From an uncultured Pseudomonadota bacterium (GTDB lineage: Bacteria; Myxococcota_A; UBA796; SXON01): a stretch of DNA of 64,000 nucleotides. Below are positions 8,547 through 20,043 of this stretch, one piece after another. The stretch's first letter is position 1; each line of letters begins with the position of its first letter. Made by a program: the position numbers and the translations under genes. The stretch is from positions 74,426-138,425 of the forward strand of contig CAIXRH010000199.1 in the NCBI GenBank assembly GCA_903921785.1, given 5' to 3'. The notes under the pieces are model-generated. The model was not told the origin of the DNA and made no database searches. It saw only the letters and a program-made list of their open reading frames with translations.

Positions 8547-10069
8547 AACCGGGAGGCACAGGGGCATACGTGGGGAACAACGGCGGGGACCAGAGGTTAC
8601 CGGACGGCATGGACTCCGTCTCCGTCGCGCTCCGCGCCCTCCTCGCGCTGGTTTTGATGGTGGGCTTCTACGTGCTCGCGGCGGTGGTGGTGCTCGGGTG
8701 TTGGGGCGGGGCCTGGCTGCTCGCCACCCAACGCGGGCACTACCTCCCGGTGAAGCTCATCGCGATCCTCACCGTCGCGGGCGCCGTGGTCTTCTGGTCC
8801 GTCCTGCCCCGATGGGACACCTTCGTGGCCCCCGGCCCGCGCCTGGAGCCCGGCAAACACCCGCGACTGTTCAGCACGATCCATGAGATCGCCCGGAAGA
8901 CCGGCCAGCCGATGCCGGCCGAGGTGTACCTCGTCGGCGACGTCAACGCGTTCGTCGCACACCGCGGCGGGGTGCTCGGGATCGGAAGCCGCCCCATCCT
9001 CGGCCTCGGCCTTCCGCTGCTCCAGGGGCTGAGCGTCCCCGAGCTCACCGCCGTCCTCGGCCACGAGTTCGGCCACTACGTCGGTGGCGACACCCGCATC
9101 GGCCCGTGGATCTACAAGACCCGCGCCGCCATCGTCCGCAGCGTGGTGAACCTCGCCGAGACCAACTCGGTGCTGACGTTCGTTTTCCTCGCCTACATGC
9201 GCCTGTTCATGCGGGTGACGTTGGCCGTCTCGCACCATCAGGAGGTGCAGGCCGACCGGGTCTCCGCCGAGCTGACCAGCGCGGCCACCGCCGCCTCCGC
9301 GCTTCGCCGGGTCCACGCCATCGCGCCGGCGTTCACCGCCTACTGGCAGTCGGAGGTCGTACCGGTGCTCGAACGTGGCCGTCGCCCGCCGATCGCCGCA
9401 GGGTTCTCCTCGTTCCTCCGCGTACCGCGGGTGGCGGAGCTCGTGGAGGAGGGGATGCGCGCGCCGCCCGCCGCCACCGTGGATCCGTACGACACACACC
9501 CGCCGCTCGCGACGCGCCTCGCCGCCCTCGGCCAGATCCAGGCGTCGGCAGGCACCCGCGCGCCGGAAGCGGCCGCGGTCAGCCTCCTGGGCAGCGCCGA
9601 CGCAGCCGAAGCGGCGCTCGTCGCGTCGATCGTCCGGCCGGGCACCGCCGTCGTCCCGGTGACCTGGGAGGCGGTCGGCACGGACATCTACGTGCCAGAC
9701 TGGCGGGCGGCGATGAAGGAGGGCCCGGCGGGCGACCTCGCCCCGCTGGACGCCCCGGCGATCCTGGCCGGCGCGGTGAACTTCGCGAGGCGTTGTCTGG
9801 GTTCCCAGCGGGTGGTGCCGACGGAGGAAGCCGCGGCCTACACCCACTCCCGGCTGGTGGCGATGCTCGGCCTCGCGCTCGCCCGGTCCGGATGGCACGT
9901 GGTGTCCCTGCCGGGCGAGCCCATCGTGCTCACCCGCGACGACGCGCGTGTGCCACTCGACGTCCTGGTCCGCGAAGCGAACGGCGCCCACCAGGACGAC
10001 TGGTGCGCCCGCCTCGCCGCGCTGGGCCTGGACGACGAAGCGCAGCGACGCCCCGCCCGATCCTGCTGA
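8543..10069 (+). CDS. Membrane M48-family (HtpX-like) zinc metalloprotease
   Basis: ATG 8543 forms an ATGA overlap with the upstream stop; the alternative ATG is 8609. Two N-terminal TM helices are followed by LTAVLGHEFGHYVGGD (HExxH). The ~250-aa C-terminal extension has no recognised family. Confidence 0.75.
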   Translation: MKPGGTGAYVGNNGGDQRLPDGMDSVSVALRALLALVLMVGFYVLAAVVVLGCWGGAWLLATQRGHYLPVKLIAILTVAGAVVFWSVLPRWDTFVAPGPRLEPGKHPRLFSTIHEIARKTGQPMPAEVYLVGDVNAFVAHRGGVLGIGSRPILGLGLPLLQGLSVPELTAVLGHEFGHYVGGDTRIGPWIYKTRAAIVRSVVNLAETNSVLTFVFLAYMRLFMRVTLAVSHHQEVQADRVSAELTSAATAASALRRVHAIAPAFTAYWQSEVVPVLERGRRPPIAAGFSSFLRVPRVAELVEEGMRAPPAATVDPYDTHPPLATRLAALGQIQASAGTRAPEAAAVSLLGSADAAEAALVASIVRPGTAVVPVTWEAVGTDIYVPDWRAAMKEGPAGDLAPLDAPAILAGAVNFARRCLGSQRVVPTEEAAAYTHSRLVAMLGLALARSGWHVVSLPGEPIVLTRDDARVPLDVLVREANGAHQDDWCARLAALGLDDEAQRRPARSC

Positions 10070-10075
10070 CCGCGG

Positions 10076-10693
10076 TCACTCCCGCGTATAAAGCTCCAAT
10101 TCACGCTGCACGAGCACCACCGAGTACAGGTGGAGCCCCCAGGCCGCGAGGAGCCCGATCCCCGTCCACCCCATCCACAACGCGACCACCGCCGCGCCCT
10201 CCACCAGCATCACGGTGGAGACGAGGCCGCGGTTGCGGCGCACGTCGCCGACCCCCTCCGCGTACGTCACGAGGGAGCGTGCCTGGAGGAACGCCACGAT
10301 CAGCGGGGCGATGCCCGCGGTGAGGAACACCCCGATCCCGCAGACCCCGACCGCCACGACCGGAGACAGCGCCGTAGGAACGAGCTGCCGCAGCGCGACC
10401 GTCTGCTTCCACCCCACGTAGAGCGTCCCGAAGCCGAACGTGGCGAACGTGAGCACCACGAGGCCGGGTGTGCTCCACCGGCCAAGCTGCGGGCGATTCG
10501 CCGCGACGTTCGTCCCGAACGTGACCGGCCGGCGCGCGACGACGCGGTGCCGCGGCTCGCCGCCGTCATCGGGCTCCCAGGTGACGGTCGGCGGACCCAC
10601 GTCCAGGGCGGGGCGGCTGAAGACGGTGCCGCAGAAACGGCAGTCGTGCGCGTCGGCGTCGAGCAGGGCGGCGCAAGCGGGACACGGCTTCAT
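10076..10693 (-). CDS. Zinc-ribbon membrane protein (uncharacterised)
   Basis: N-terminal CPAC-x12-CRFC zinc ribbon, then about four hydrophobic helices. Amino-acid composition is ordinary. It converges on the M48 gene with a 6-nt spacer. Confidence 0.65.
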   Translation of the reverse strand: MKPCPACAALLDADAHDCRFCGTVFSRPALDVGPPTVTWEPDDGGEPRHRVVARRPVTFGTNVAANRPQLGRWSTPGLVVLTFATFGFGTLYVGWKQTVALRQLVPTALSPVVAVGVCGIGVFLTAGIAPLIVAFLQARSLVTYAEGVGDVRRNRGLVSTVMLVEGAAVVALWMGWTGIGLLAAWGLHLYSVVLVQRELELYTRE

Positions 10694-10708
10694 CGGTCGG
10701 GCGCGTAT

Positions 10709-10836
10709 GTCCGGCGCGGCGACGACGCAACGGTCGAAGGGCTGGAGGCGCCCGACCGGCCTGCCCCCCGGGGGGCGTCGGCGGTCGAGGAGCGACGTTC
10801 GGCGAGAATGGCGAGGCGGGCGTGCTGGCCGCCGGG
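10709..10836 (+). repeat. Dispersed non-coding repeat, copy A
   Basis: It aligns by eye with 53287-53424 and 60284-60419. Shared blocks include TCGAAGGGC, CCCGACCG, TCGGCGGTCGAGG and the near-invariant core GGCGAGAATGGCGAGGCGGGCG. Confidence 0.7.
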
Positions 10837-10840
10837 GCGA

Positions 10841-11479
10841 CTACTCCGCGAACCCCGCCTCGGCGTCCAGATCGGCGCCCCACTCCGGCGCGCTCCAGAA
10901 CCGCGCACCCTGGAGCCGGCCGTGCTCCGTGCGCACATCGTAGTCTTCGTTGAGCGCCCGGATCGCGTCGAGGGTGGTGGCGCCCACGCCGTCGGCGTCG
11001 GCGCACGGCGTGCCGCGAAGGATGTCGTCGAGCTGCGCCACTTCGGCGGTGACGAGGTCCACGTGGCCACGTTCGTGGACGCCGAGCGCCTCCAGGTACG
11101 CGCGCCACTGCTCGACCAGCGCGGGGTCGGTGCCGGGGTCGGGCGTCCACCGCGGCAACGACACGATCACCGAGAGGTCGAAGCTGACCTGCTCCACCCG
11201 GCACGGCTCCCCTCCCCCCTTCCAGCTCCAGGTGGTCACCCAGCGCGTGTCGCCGTTGACGTGTTCGCCCGCTTCGTTGAGCGGCGCGGCGGCGCGGAGC
11301 GACTCGCGGAGGCTGCGGACGTCGTGGCCGCGCACGTCGTACCAGCGGACGTCGGCGTCCCCGAGGACGACCGGATCGAGCGTCGACGGCGGGAGGGCGG
11401 GGGCGACGGCGTGAGGGCAGCCGAGGGCGCCGCCCAGCGCGAGCGCGAGCGCCACCCTTCCGCGCAGCCTAGGCCTCAC
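10841..11479 (-). CDS. DUF922-like predicted secreted zinc-dependent protease (lipoprotein)
   Basis: GTG start. Lipobox LGGALGC. Zinc motif HERGH sits in LEALGVHERGHVDL near the C-terminal third, as in DUF922/COG5661 by recollection. The start overlaps the TetR gene end by 11 nt. Confidence 0.65.
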   Translation of the reverse strand: MRPRLRGRVALALALGGALGCPHAVAPALPPSTLDPVVLGDADVRWYDVRGHDVRSLRESLRAAAPLNEAGEHVNGDTRWVTTWSWKGGGEPCRVEQVSFDLSVIVSLPRWTPDPGTDPALVEQWRAYLEALGVHERGHVDLVTAEVAQLDDILRGTPCADADGVGATTLDAIRALNEDYDVRTEHGRLQGARFWSAPEWGADLDAEAGFAE

Positions 11480-12068
11480 GGCGGAGCACGCCCGCGACGA
11501 GCAGCCCGTAGATCGCGTCCGCCAGCGCCTCGGCCTCGAGCGGCTCGTGCGCCAGCGCCGCCTGCATCACCGGCTCCTTGAGCAGGCCGAGCAGGCAACG
11601 CGCCGTCTGTCGCGTTTCGCCCTCGCGCACGACACCCATCGCCTGACCCAGCTTCAACGCCCGCTCCACCCGTTCGAGCGCCACCGTGTAGAACGCCGCG
11701 AGCGCCTCCTCGCCCTCGCGATCCACCGAGAGCGCGTCGGTGAAGAGGATTCGCACGGCGTCCCCGGTGCCGGCCATCGCCCGCAGCACGCCCCGGAGGT
11801 TTGCGTGGACCTGCTCGGGGATGGGCTGCGCCACGTCGATCGGCGCGACGCCCGAGAGCACCTCGCCCATCAGCTCGGCGAGCACGGCCGAGAAAACGTC
11901 CCGCTTGGAGTCGAAGTGGTTGTAGAAGGTGCCGCGCGCGACGCCCGCCACTTCGAGGATGTCGGAGACGCTCGCCGAGTGGTACCCCCGCTGCGCGAAG
12001 ACGGAGCGCGCCGCCGCCAGGAGGTTCGCCCGCCGATCCGGCGCGCTCAGCGGCGCGGCGCGGGACAT
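11469..12068 (-). CDS. TetR-family transcriptional regulator
   Basis: ATG 12068 overlaps the ansA stop (TGATG). The N-terminal HTH LLAAARSVFAQRGYHSASVSDILEVAGVARGTFYNHFDSKRDV is a textbook TetR_N signature. Length is 199 aa. Confidence 0.85.
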   Translation of the reverse strand: MSRAAPLSAPDRRANLLAAARSVFAQRGYHSASVSDILEVAGVARGTFYNHFDSKRDVFSAVLAELMGEVLSGVAPIDVAQPIPEQVHANLRGVLRAMAGTGDAVRILFTDALSVDREGEEALAAFYTVALERVERALKLGQAMGVVREGETRQTARCLLGLLKEPVMQAALAHEPLEAEALADAIYGLLVAGVLRREA

Positions 12069-13102
12069 CAGGCGCCCTCCCCGACGAGGTCGGTGGTGTA
12101 GAACTCGGCGAGCGCCGCGCCCTCCAGGCCCCGCCCGAGGCCGTGCATCAGCTTCACCGTGGCGGCCTCGAGCGTCATCCACGCGGCGGACATCCCGCCC
12201 GCGTCGAGCGCGGCACGGCCGCCCTCGTACGAGCCGAGCTGCACGTGCCCGCGGAGACACTGGCTGTGCACCACGACCGCGACGCCCGCGTTCGTGGCCC
12301 GCGCGATCGCCTGCGGCCAGCCGCGCTGGGGCATGTTCCCCGCTCCGAAGCCCTGCACCACCACCCCGCGCATCCCCGCCGCCACCGCCTGGTCCAGCGT
12401 GGCGCCGTCGGAGCCCGGCACCACCGGGAGGACCGCGACCCGCGAGTCGAAGCGCGCGTCCACCACGAACGGCCCCTGCGCCGCGCGCGGCACCTCGCCC
12501 GCCTGCACCTCTACCCCCATCTCGAGGATGGGGGGGCAGTTCGGCGACTCAAACGCCTCGTAGCTCTGGATCGACGTCTTGGTGACCCGGTTGCCCCGGA
12601 ACAGCCACCGTCCAAAGAAGACCGTGACCTCCGGGATGGCCATCCCCGCACAGAGCGCGCTGTGGACCACGTTGTTTCGCGCGTCGGTGCGCACCCAGGC
12701 GATCGGGCGCTGGGCCCCGGTGAGCACCACCGCCTTCGGCAGCCCGCGCAGCGCGAACGAGAGCGCGGCGGCCGTCCACGCCATGGTGTCGGTGCCGTGC
12801 AGGACGACCAACCCGTCCACGTCGTCGAGGCGGGCGGCGATGGCCTCGGCGAGGCGCGTCCAGTGTTCGGGGCCCATGTCGGAGCTGTCGAGGTTCCAGA
12901 GCCCCTCGGCCGAGAGCTCGACCTCGGCCTCCAACCCCCGCATGTACTGGAGCACGTTGTCGCTGACCGCGGACGGGGCGAGGGTGCCGGGCTCCCCCGG
13001 GAGCATGCCCAGGGTCCCGCCGGTGGAGAGGATGCGGATGCGAGGCTTCAACGGGGCACGGGAGGGGGCGGGAATGTAGCGTGCTCCGCATGCGGCCCCC
13101 AC
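12068..13102 (-). CDS. ansA: L-asparaginase, cytoplasmic type I family
   Basis: Contains the ILSTGGTLG (TGGT) and LHGTDTM motifs. No signal peptide. GTG 13102 is the only start codon upstream of the TGGT motif. Confidence 0.8.
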   Translation of the reverse strand: MGAACGARYIPAPSRAPLKPRIRILSTGGTLGMLPGEPGTLAPSAVSDNVLQYMRGLEAEVELSAEGLWNLDSSDMGPEHWTRLAEAIAARLDDVDGLVVLHGTDTMAWTAAALSFALRGLPKAVVLTGAQRPIAWVRTDARNNVVHSALCAGMAIPEVTVFFGRWLFRGNRVTKTSIQSYEAFESPNCPPILEMGVEVQAGEVPRAAQGPFVVDARFDSRVAVLPVVPGSDGATLDQAVAAGMRGVVVQGFGAGNMPQRGWPQAIARATNAGVAVVVHSQCLRGHVQLGSYEGGRAALDAGGMSAAWMTLEAATVKLMHGLGRGLEGAALAEFYTTDLVGEGA

Positions 13103-13293
13103 CCGGAGGCCCGCCGCCGCGGCGCCGCGATGCGCGCCGGACTCGGATTCCGTCCGGACCGGGCCCAGCGCATCGCCCAGATCGGCGTCGGCCTCCCCTC
13201 TGCGCCGACCGCCGGGCCCGCCCGTCCCCAGATGTGTAAAAACCGCCCGACCTCCTTGCGGACCGCCGGGATCAGCTTAGGCGTGGGCAACTA

Positions 13294-13309
13294 GACTGAC
13301 ATGTCAGTC
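13294..13309. promoter_or_regulatory. Perfect 16-bp palindrome GACTGACATGTCAGTC, a candidate operator
   Basis: Read directly from the sequence. It is only 50% GC against a very GC-rich background. It lies in the divergent spacer between the ansA-tetR operon and the activase operon, and overlaps a TAGACT -10-like hexamer (13292-13297). Confidence 0.45.
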
Positions 13310-13351
13310 AGCCGGCGGGACCCCGCCGGTCTTGTCCCGCGGAGCTCGCCC

Positions 13352-16807
<3,456 letters not shown>

Positions 16808-16846
16808 CCGACCCCCGACCCCCGACCCGCTCCATCAGGTGACCCC

Positions 16847-18415
16847 ATGACCCTCGAGAACGCTCCGATCGACATCGACGCCGAGCTCGCGAAGTTCGCC
16901 GCCGACGAAGCCCGCCGCCTCGGCCTCGACCGCGAACAGTACGTGGAGCGCGTCCACTCCAACAACGAGTTCATGGCGTCGGACCGACCGAACACCACGC
17001 TGTTCGTCTCGGGTCTCACCCTCGCCCACGACTCCCTGGTGTGCGCGATGCTCGCCGGCCTCGGCTACAACGTGCGCCCGCTCGACGCCCCGGACCAGAC
17101 CGCGCTCACGCTCGGCAAGGAGTTCGGCAACCGTGGCCAGTGCAACCCGACCTACTACACGGTCGGCAACCTGGTGAAGCAGCTCGTCCACATGCGCGAC
17201 GTGGAAGCCATCCCCACCGAGCGCATCATCAAGGACTACCTGTTCCTCACCGCCGGCGCGTGCGGGCCCTGCCGCTTCGGCATGTACGTCACCGAGTACC
17301 GCAAGGCGCTCCGCGACGCCGGCTTCGACGGCTTCCGGGTCGTGCTCTTCCAGCAGCAGGGCGGGGTGAAGCAGGCCACCGGCGAAGAGGTCGGGCTCAC
17401 CATCAACCAGGACTTCATCTTCGGCATCGCCCGCGCGCTCGTCGCCGGGGACGTGCTGAACCTGCTCGGCTACCGCCTGCGCCCCTACGAGATCGTGGAG
17501 GGCAGCACGGACAAGGCGATCACCGAGTCCCGCGAGCTCCTGGAGGCGACGTTCCGCCGCCGCGGCGCCATCGTGCCCGCGCTGGTGAAGGCGCGGCGCA
17601 TCATGGGCCGGGTGGAGGTGGACCGCACCAAGCCCAAGCCGCTGGTCTCAGTCATCGGCGAGTTCTGGGCGATGACCACCGAGGGCGACGGCAACTACCA
17701 GCTGTTCCGCTTCCTCGAGAGTGAAGGTGCGGAAGTCGACATCCAGGGCGTCACCAACTGGCTCCTGTTCATGGTGTGGGAGAACCGCCACGACACCCGC
17801 AAGCGCATGGAGCTCCGCGAAGACGACACCGCGAAGAAGGGCCTCGCCGGCACCAACCCCACCAAGAAGCTCTGGCTGCTCGAAGCGGCCGAGATCGCCG
17901 TCCGGGGCATGTTCCAGCTCTACGCGAACACCATCGGGCTGCACGGCTACGAGCTCCCCGACATGGAGAAGATCGCCGCGCTCGCCAAGGATCACTACGA
18001 CAACGCCGTCCGCGGCGGCGAAGCGCACATGGAGGTCGGCAAGCTCCTGCACTTCGTGGAGGACCGGGTCAACCACATGACGATCTCGGTCAAACCCTTC
18101 GGGTGTATGCCGAGCTCCGGCGTCTCCGACGGCGTGCAGGCCGCGATCATGGGCCAGCACCCCGAAGCCATCTTCCTCCCCATCGAGACCACCGGCGACG
18201 GCCGCGTCAACGTGCAGAGCCGCGTCCAGATGATGCTCTTCCGTGCGCGTCAGAACGCCAAGAACGAGCTCGAGGAGGCGCTGAAGCACTCCGGCCTCGA
18301 CGAGGCCACGTTCAAGAAGCGGGTCGCGGGCAGCCGCCGGTGGCGCAGCGCGTTCGTCCGCCCGCCGCACAAGATGGCCGGCGTGGCCGCGAACCTCGCG
18401 TACGCGGTCGGCTAG
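16847..18415 (+). CDS. 2-hydroxyacyl-CoA-dehydratase-related / activase-associated protein
   Basis: AGGTGA lies 4 nt upstream of the ATG. Length is 522 aa. Motifs GNRGQCNPTYY, ACGPCRFGMY and KPFGCMPSSG match the family usually encoded next to fused activases. Confidence 0.75.
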   Translation: MTLENAPIDIDAELAKFAADEARRLGLDREQYVERVHSNNEFMASDRPNTTLFVSGLTLAHDSLVCAMLAGLGYNVRPLDAPDQTALTLGKEFGNRGQCNPTYYTVGNLVKQLVHMRDVEAIPTERIIKDYLFLTAGACGPCRFGMYVTEYRKALRDAGFDGFRVVLFQQQGGVKQATGEEVGLTINQDFIFGIARALVAGDVLNLLGYRLRPYEIVEGSTDKAITESRELLEATFRRRGAIVPALVKARRIMGRVEVDRTKPKPLVSVIGEFWAMTTEGDGNYQLFRFLESEGAEVDIQGVTNWLLFMVWENRHDTRKRMELREDDTAKKGLAGTNPTKKLWLLEAAEIAVRGMFQLYANTIGLHGYELPDMEKIAALAKDHYDNAVRGGEAHMEVGKLLHFVEDRVNHMTISVKPFGCMPSSGVSDGVQAAIMGQHPEAIFLPIETTGDGRVNVQSRVQMMLFRARQNAKNELEEALKHSGLDEATFKKRVAGSRRWRSAFVRPPHKMAGVAANLAYAVG

Positions 18416-18424
18416 CCGTCGGCT

Positions 18425-19138
18425 TCAGCGGGCTTCGTCGGTGATCCCCGCGACGCGCGTCGGCACGTCGGTGATCACCCACTGCACGTCGCTGGCGGCG
18501 TACATCGCTGCCTTGACGCTTGACTGGGTCGCCACGCCGAACGCCGCCACCGGAACGGGCATGGGGTCCGTGGGGAGCTCACCGATGTGGGTCACCACGG
18601 CGTCCACGTAGTCGGGGACCGTCAGCTCCGGGTCGGCGAAGTAGGTCACGGCGAGCCGCAGGTCCAGGTCGGGGTGGAGCGTCTCCACCGACGCGTGGAT
18701 CATCGCCAGCCCGTCCAACGAGCTCGACTCCAGGAGGATCGGCGTCTGCCCGAGGACGGTGCCCGGGAGCGCGACCGAGAGGTACTCCACGATCTGCAAC
18801 GACACCTGGCGATCGGGGTCGTTGACCACGTCGAGCACCAACGTCGGCCCAGCGAGGTCGGCGTCCATCGCCGAGAACGCCTCAACCACCTCCGCGAAGG
18901 TGTGCCCGTTCGGCGCCGAATGGCCGAGGTCGAAGCACCCCTCCACCGCTGCGGCGCTCGGCTCGCCGCCGCAACCATCCCCGTCGATCCGCAGATCGAG
19001 CTCCGCACCAAACCCGGCTTCAAACGCGGCCGCGAGGTGGTCGGGCGCGTTCTCCTCGCTGTCGGGGAGCACCCCGAGGCCGCGGTGAGCCACGATCGCC
19101 GGCGTATTGGGGACGCACGCCAGAACGAGCAGGATCAT
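18425..19138 (-). CDS. Glycerophosphodiester phosphodiesterase (GDPD)-like lipoprotein
   Basis: ATG 19138 forms an ATGA overlap with the upstream stop. Lipobox LVLAC. IVAHRG...EENAP...ELDLRI resembles the GDPD catalytic pattern. Confidence 0.65.
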   Translation of the reverse strand: MILLVLACVPNTPAIVAHRGLGVLPDSEENAPDHLAAAFEAGFGAELDLRIDGDGCGGEPSAAAVEGCFDLGHSAPNGHTFAEVVEAFSAMDADLAGPTLVLDVVNDPDRQVSLQIVEYLSVALPGTVLGQTPILLESSSLDGLAMIHASVETLHPDLDLRLAVTYFADPELTVPDYVDAVVTHIGELPTDPMPVPVAAFGVATQSSVKAAMYAASDVQWVITDVPTRVAGITDEAR

Positions 19139-19950
19139 GGAGCCGTCTGCGGGCGACCCGCGCGCCAGAGCTGGGCGAGGTCCAGCGACACATCGACGTC
19201 GAGCACCGCGTTGGTGAACTGGAAGTCGGTGGGGTACTCGCGACCCTCACGCAGGTACAAGGAGCTGCCGAACGGCCGGAGCCCGAAGGCGAGCCTCACG
19301 TAGGGGAAGAGGAGCCCGACCTGCCCCCCGAGGCTGTCGGCCAGGTACAAGCCATAGTCCTCGGTGCGGAAGCTCTGGAGGAGCGAGTCCACCTCCGCGG
19401 TCTCCCAGAGGCCCACGCCCAGCGAGACGCGAGGGAGCCAGCGGCGGACGACGGGGGGCGCGGCGGCGGTGCCGGGCCAGGCGAACGTCCAGCTCGCCAC
19501 CTCCGAGCCGACGAACCGGGGACTTCCAAGATCATCGAGGAGGAAGCCGGCGACAAGGCCGCTGAGCAGCCAGTCGCCGGCGAGGGTGAGCGTGAACGCC
19601 GGCCCCAGCTCGTGCCCCACCGACATCCGCCCGCCGAACGAGAGGTTCCGGGTGGTGGTGGCGACGGTGAAGATCGGGACGACGTGGACGAGGTCGTCGC
19701 TCCGGGGGCCCGCATCGTGACGACGGTGCGGGCCGCGCGGCGCGGCCGGGGCGGGTGCGGGCGGCGCGCCGGGATCGGGTGCGGGCGGCGCGGCGGGGGC
19801 GGCGGGCGGTGGGTCCGCTTCCTCGGCGAGCGCCGGCCCCGCGAGCAGGAACGACGAGACGACCAGGACTCCCCCCGCGCGTTGCCTCGTGACCAGGCGC
19901 CTGGCCCTCGGGGGGGCGTGGCCGCCCGAGTCGGGGCTCGTCCCCATCAT
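19135..19950 (-). CDS. Secreted hypothetical protein (Pro/Ala-rich linker, possible beta-rich C-terminal domain)
   Basis: The start is set at MMGTS (19950) because the third-position GC drops in the 30 codons upstream of it. Arg-rich n-region plus VVSSFLLAGPALAEE signal peptide. No family recognised. An alternative start is ATG 20040. Confidence 0.5.
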   Translation of the reverse strand: MMGTSPDSGGHAPPRARRLVTRQRAGGVLVVSSFLLAGPALAEEADPPPAAPAAPPAPDPGAPPAPAPAAPRGPHRRHDAGPRSDDLVHVVPIFTVATTTRNLSFGGRMSVGHELGPAFTLTLAGDWLLSGLVAGFLLDDLGSPRFVGSEVASWTFAWPGTAAAPPVVRRWLPRVSLGVGLWETAEVDSLLQSFRTEDYGLYLADSLGGQVGLLFPYVRLAFGLRPFGSSLYLREGREYPTDFQFTNAVLDVDVSLDLAQLWRAGRPQTAP

Positions 19951-20043
19951 CCCATCACCGGTGAGCGCGCGACCGTACCCGGGAAGGGGCGCCCGGTGCA
20001 AGTGGAACCGACCGCGGCGACCGACCCATCGTTGAACCATCCC

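Noticed and set aside
9893-9899. Other TGGCACG hits (e.g. 9893, 32341, 42607, 55075) as sigma-54 promoters
   Set aside because: All lie inside coding sequences and lack TTGC at the required 4-nt spacing.
10694-10840. Possibility that the three-copy repeat is a conserved peptide or an N-terminal extension of the zinc-ribbon gene
   Set aside because: Copy C has a 2-nt indel relative to A/B, so no frame is preserved. The in-frame extension upstream of ATG 10693 translates to Arg/Pro-rich sequence. The apparent peptide similarity (ARLAILA...) follows simply from nucleotide identity.
16809-16829. Heptamer iteration CGACCCC CGACCCC CGACCCG between the two activase-operon genes
   Set aside because: It has only three units in a 39-nt spacer that also holds the AGGTGA ribosome-binding site. 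It is too short to call a functional repeat.
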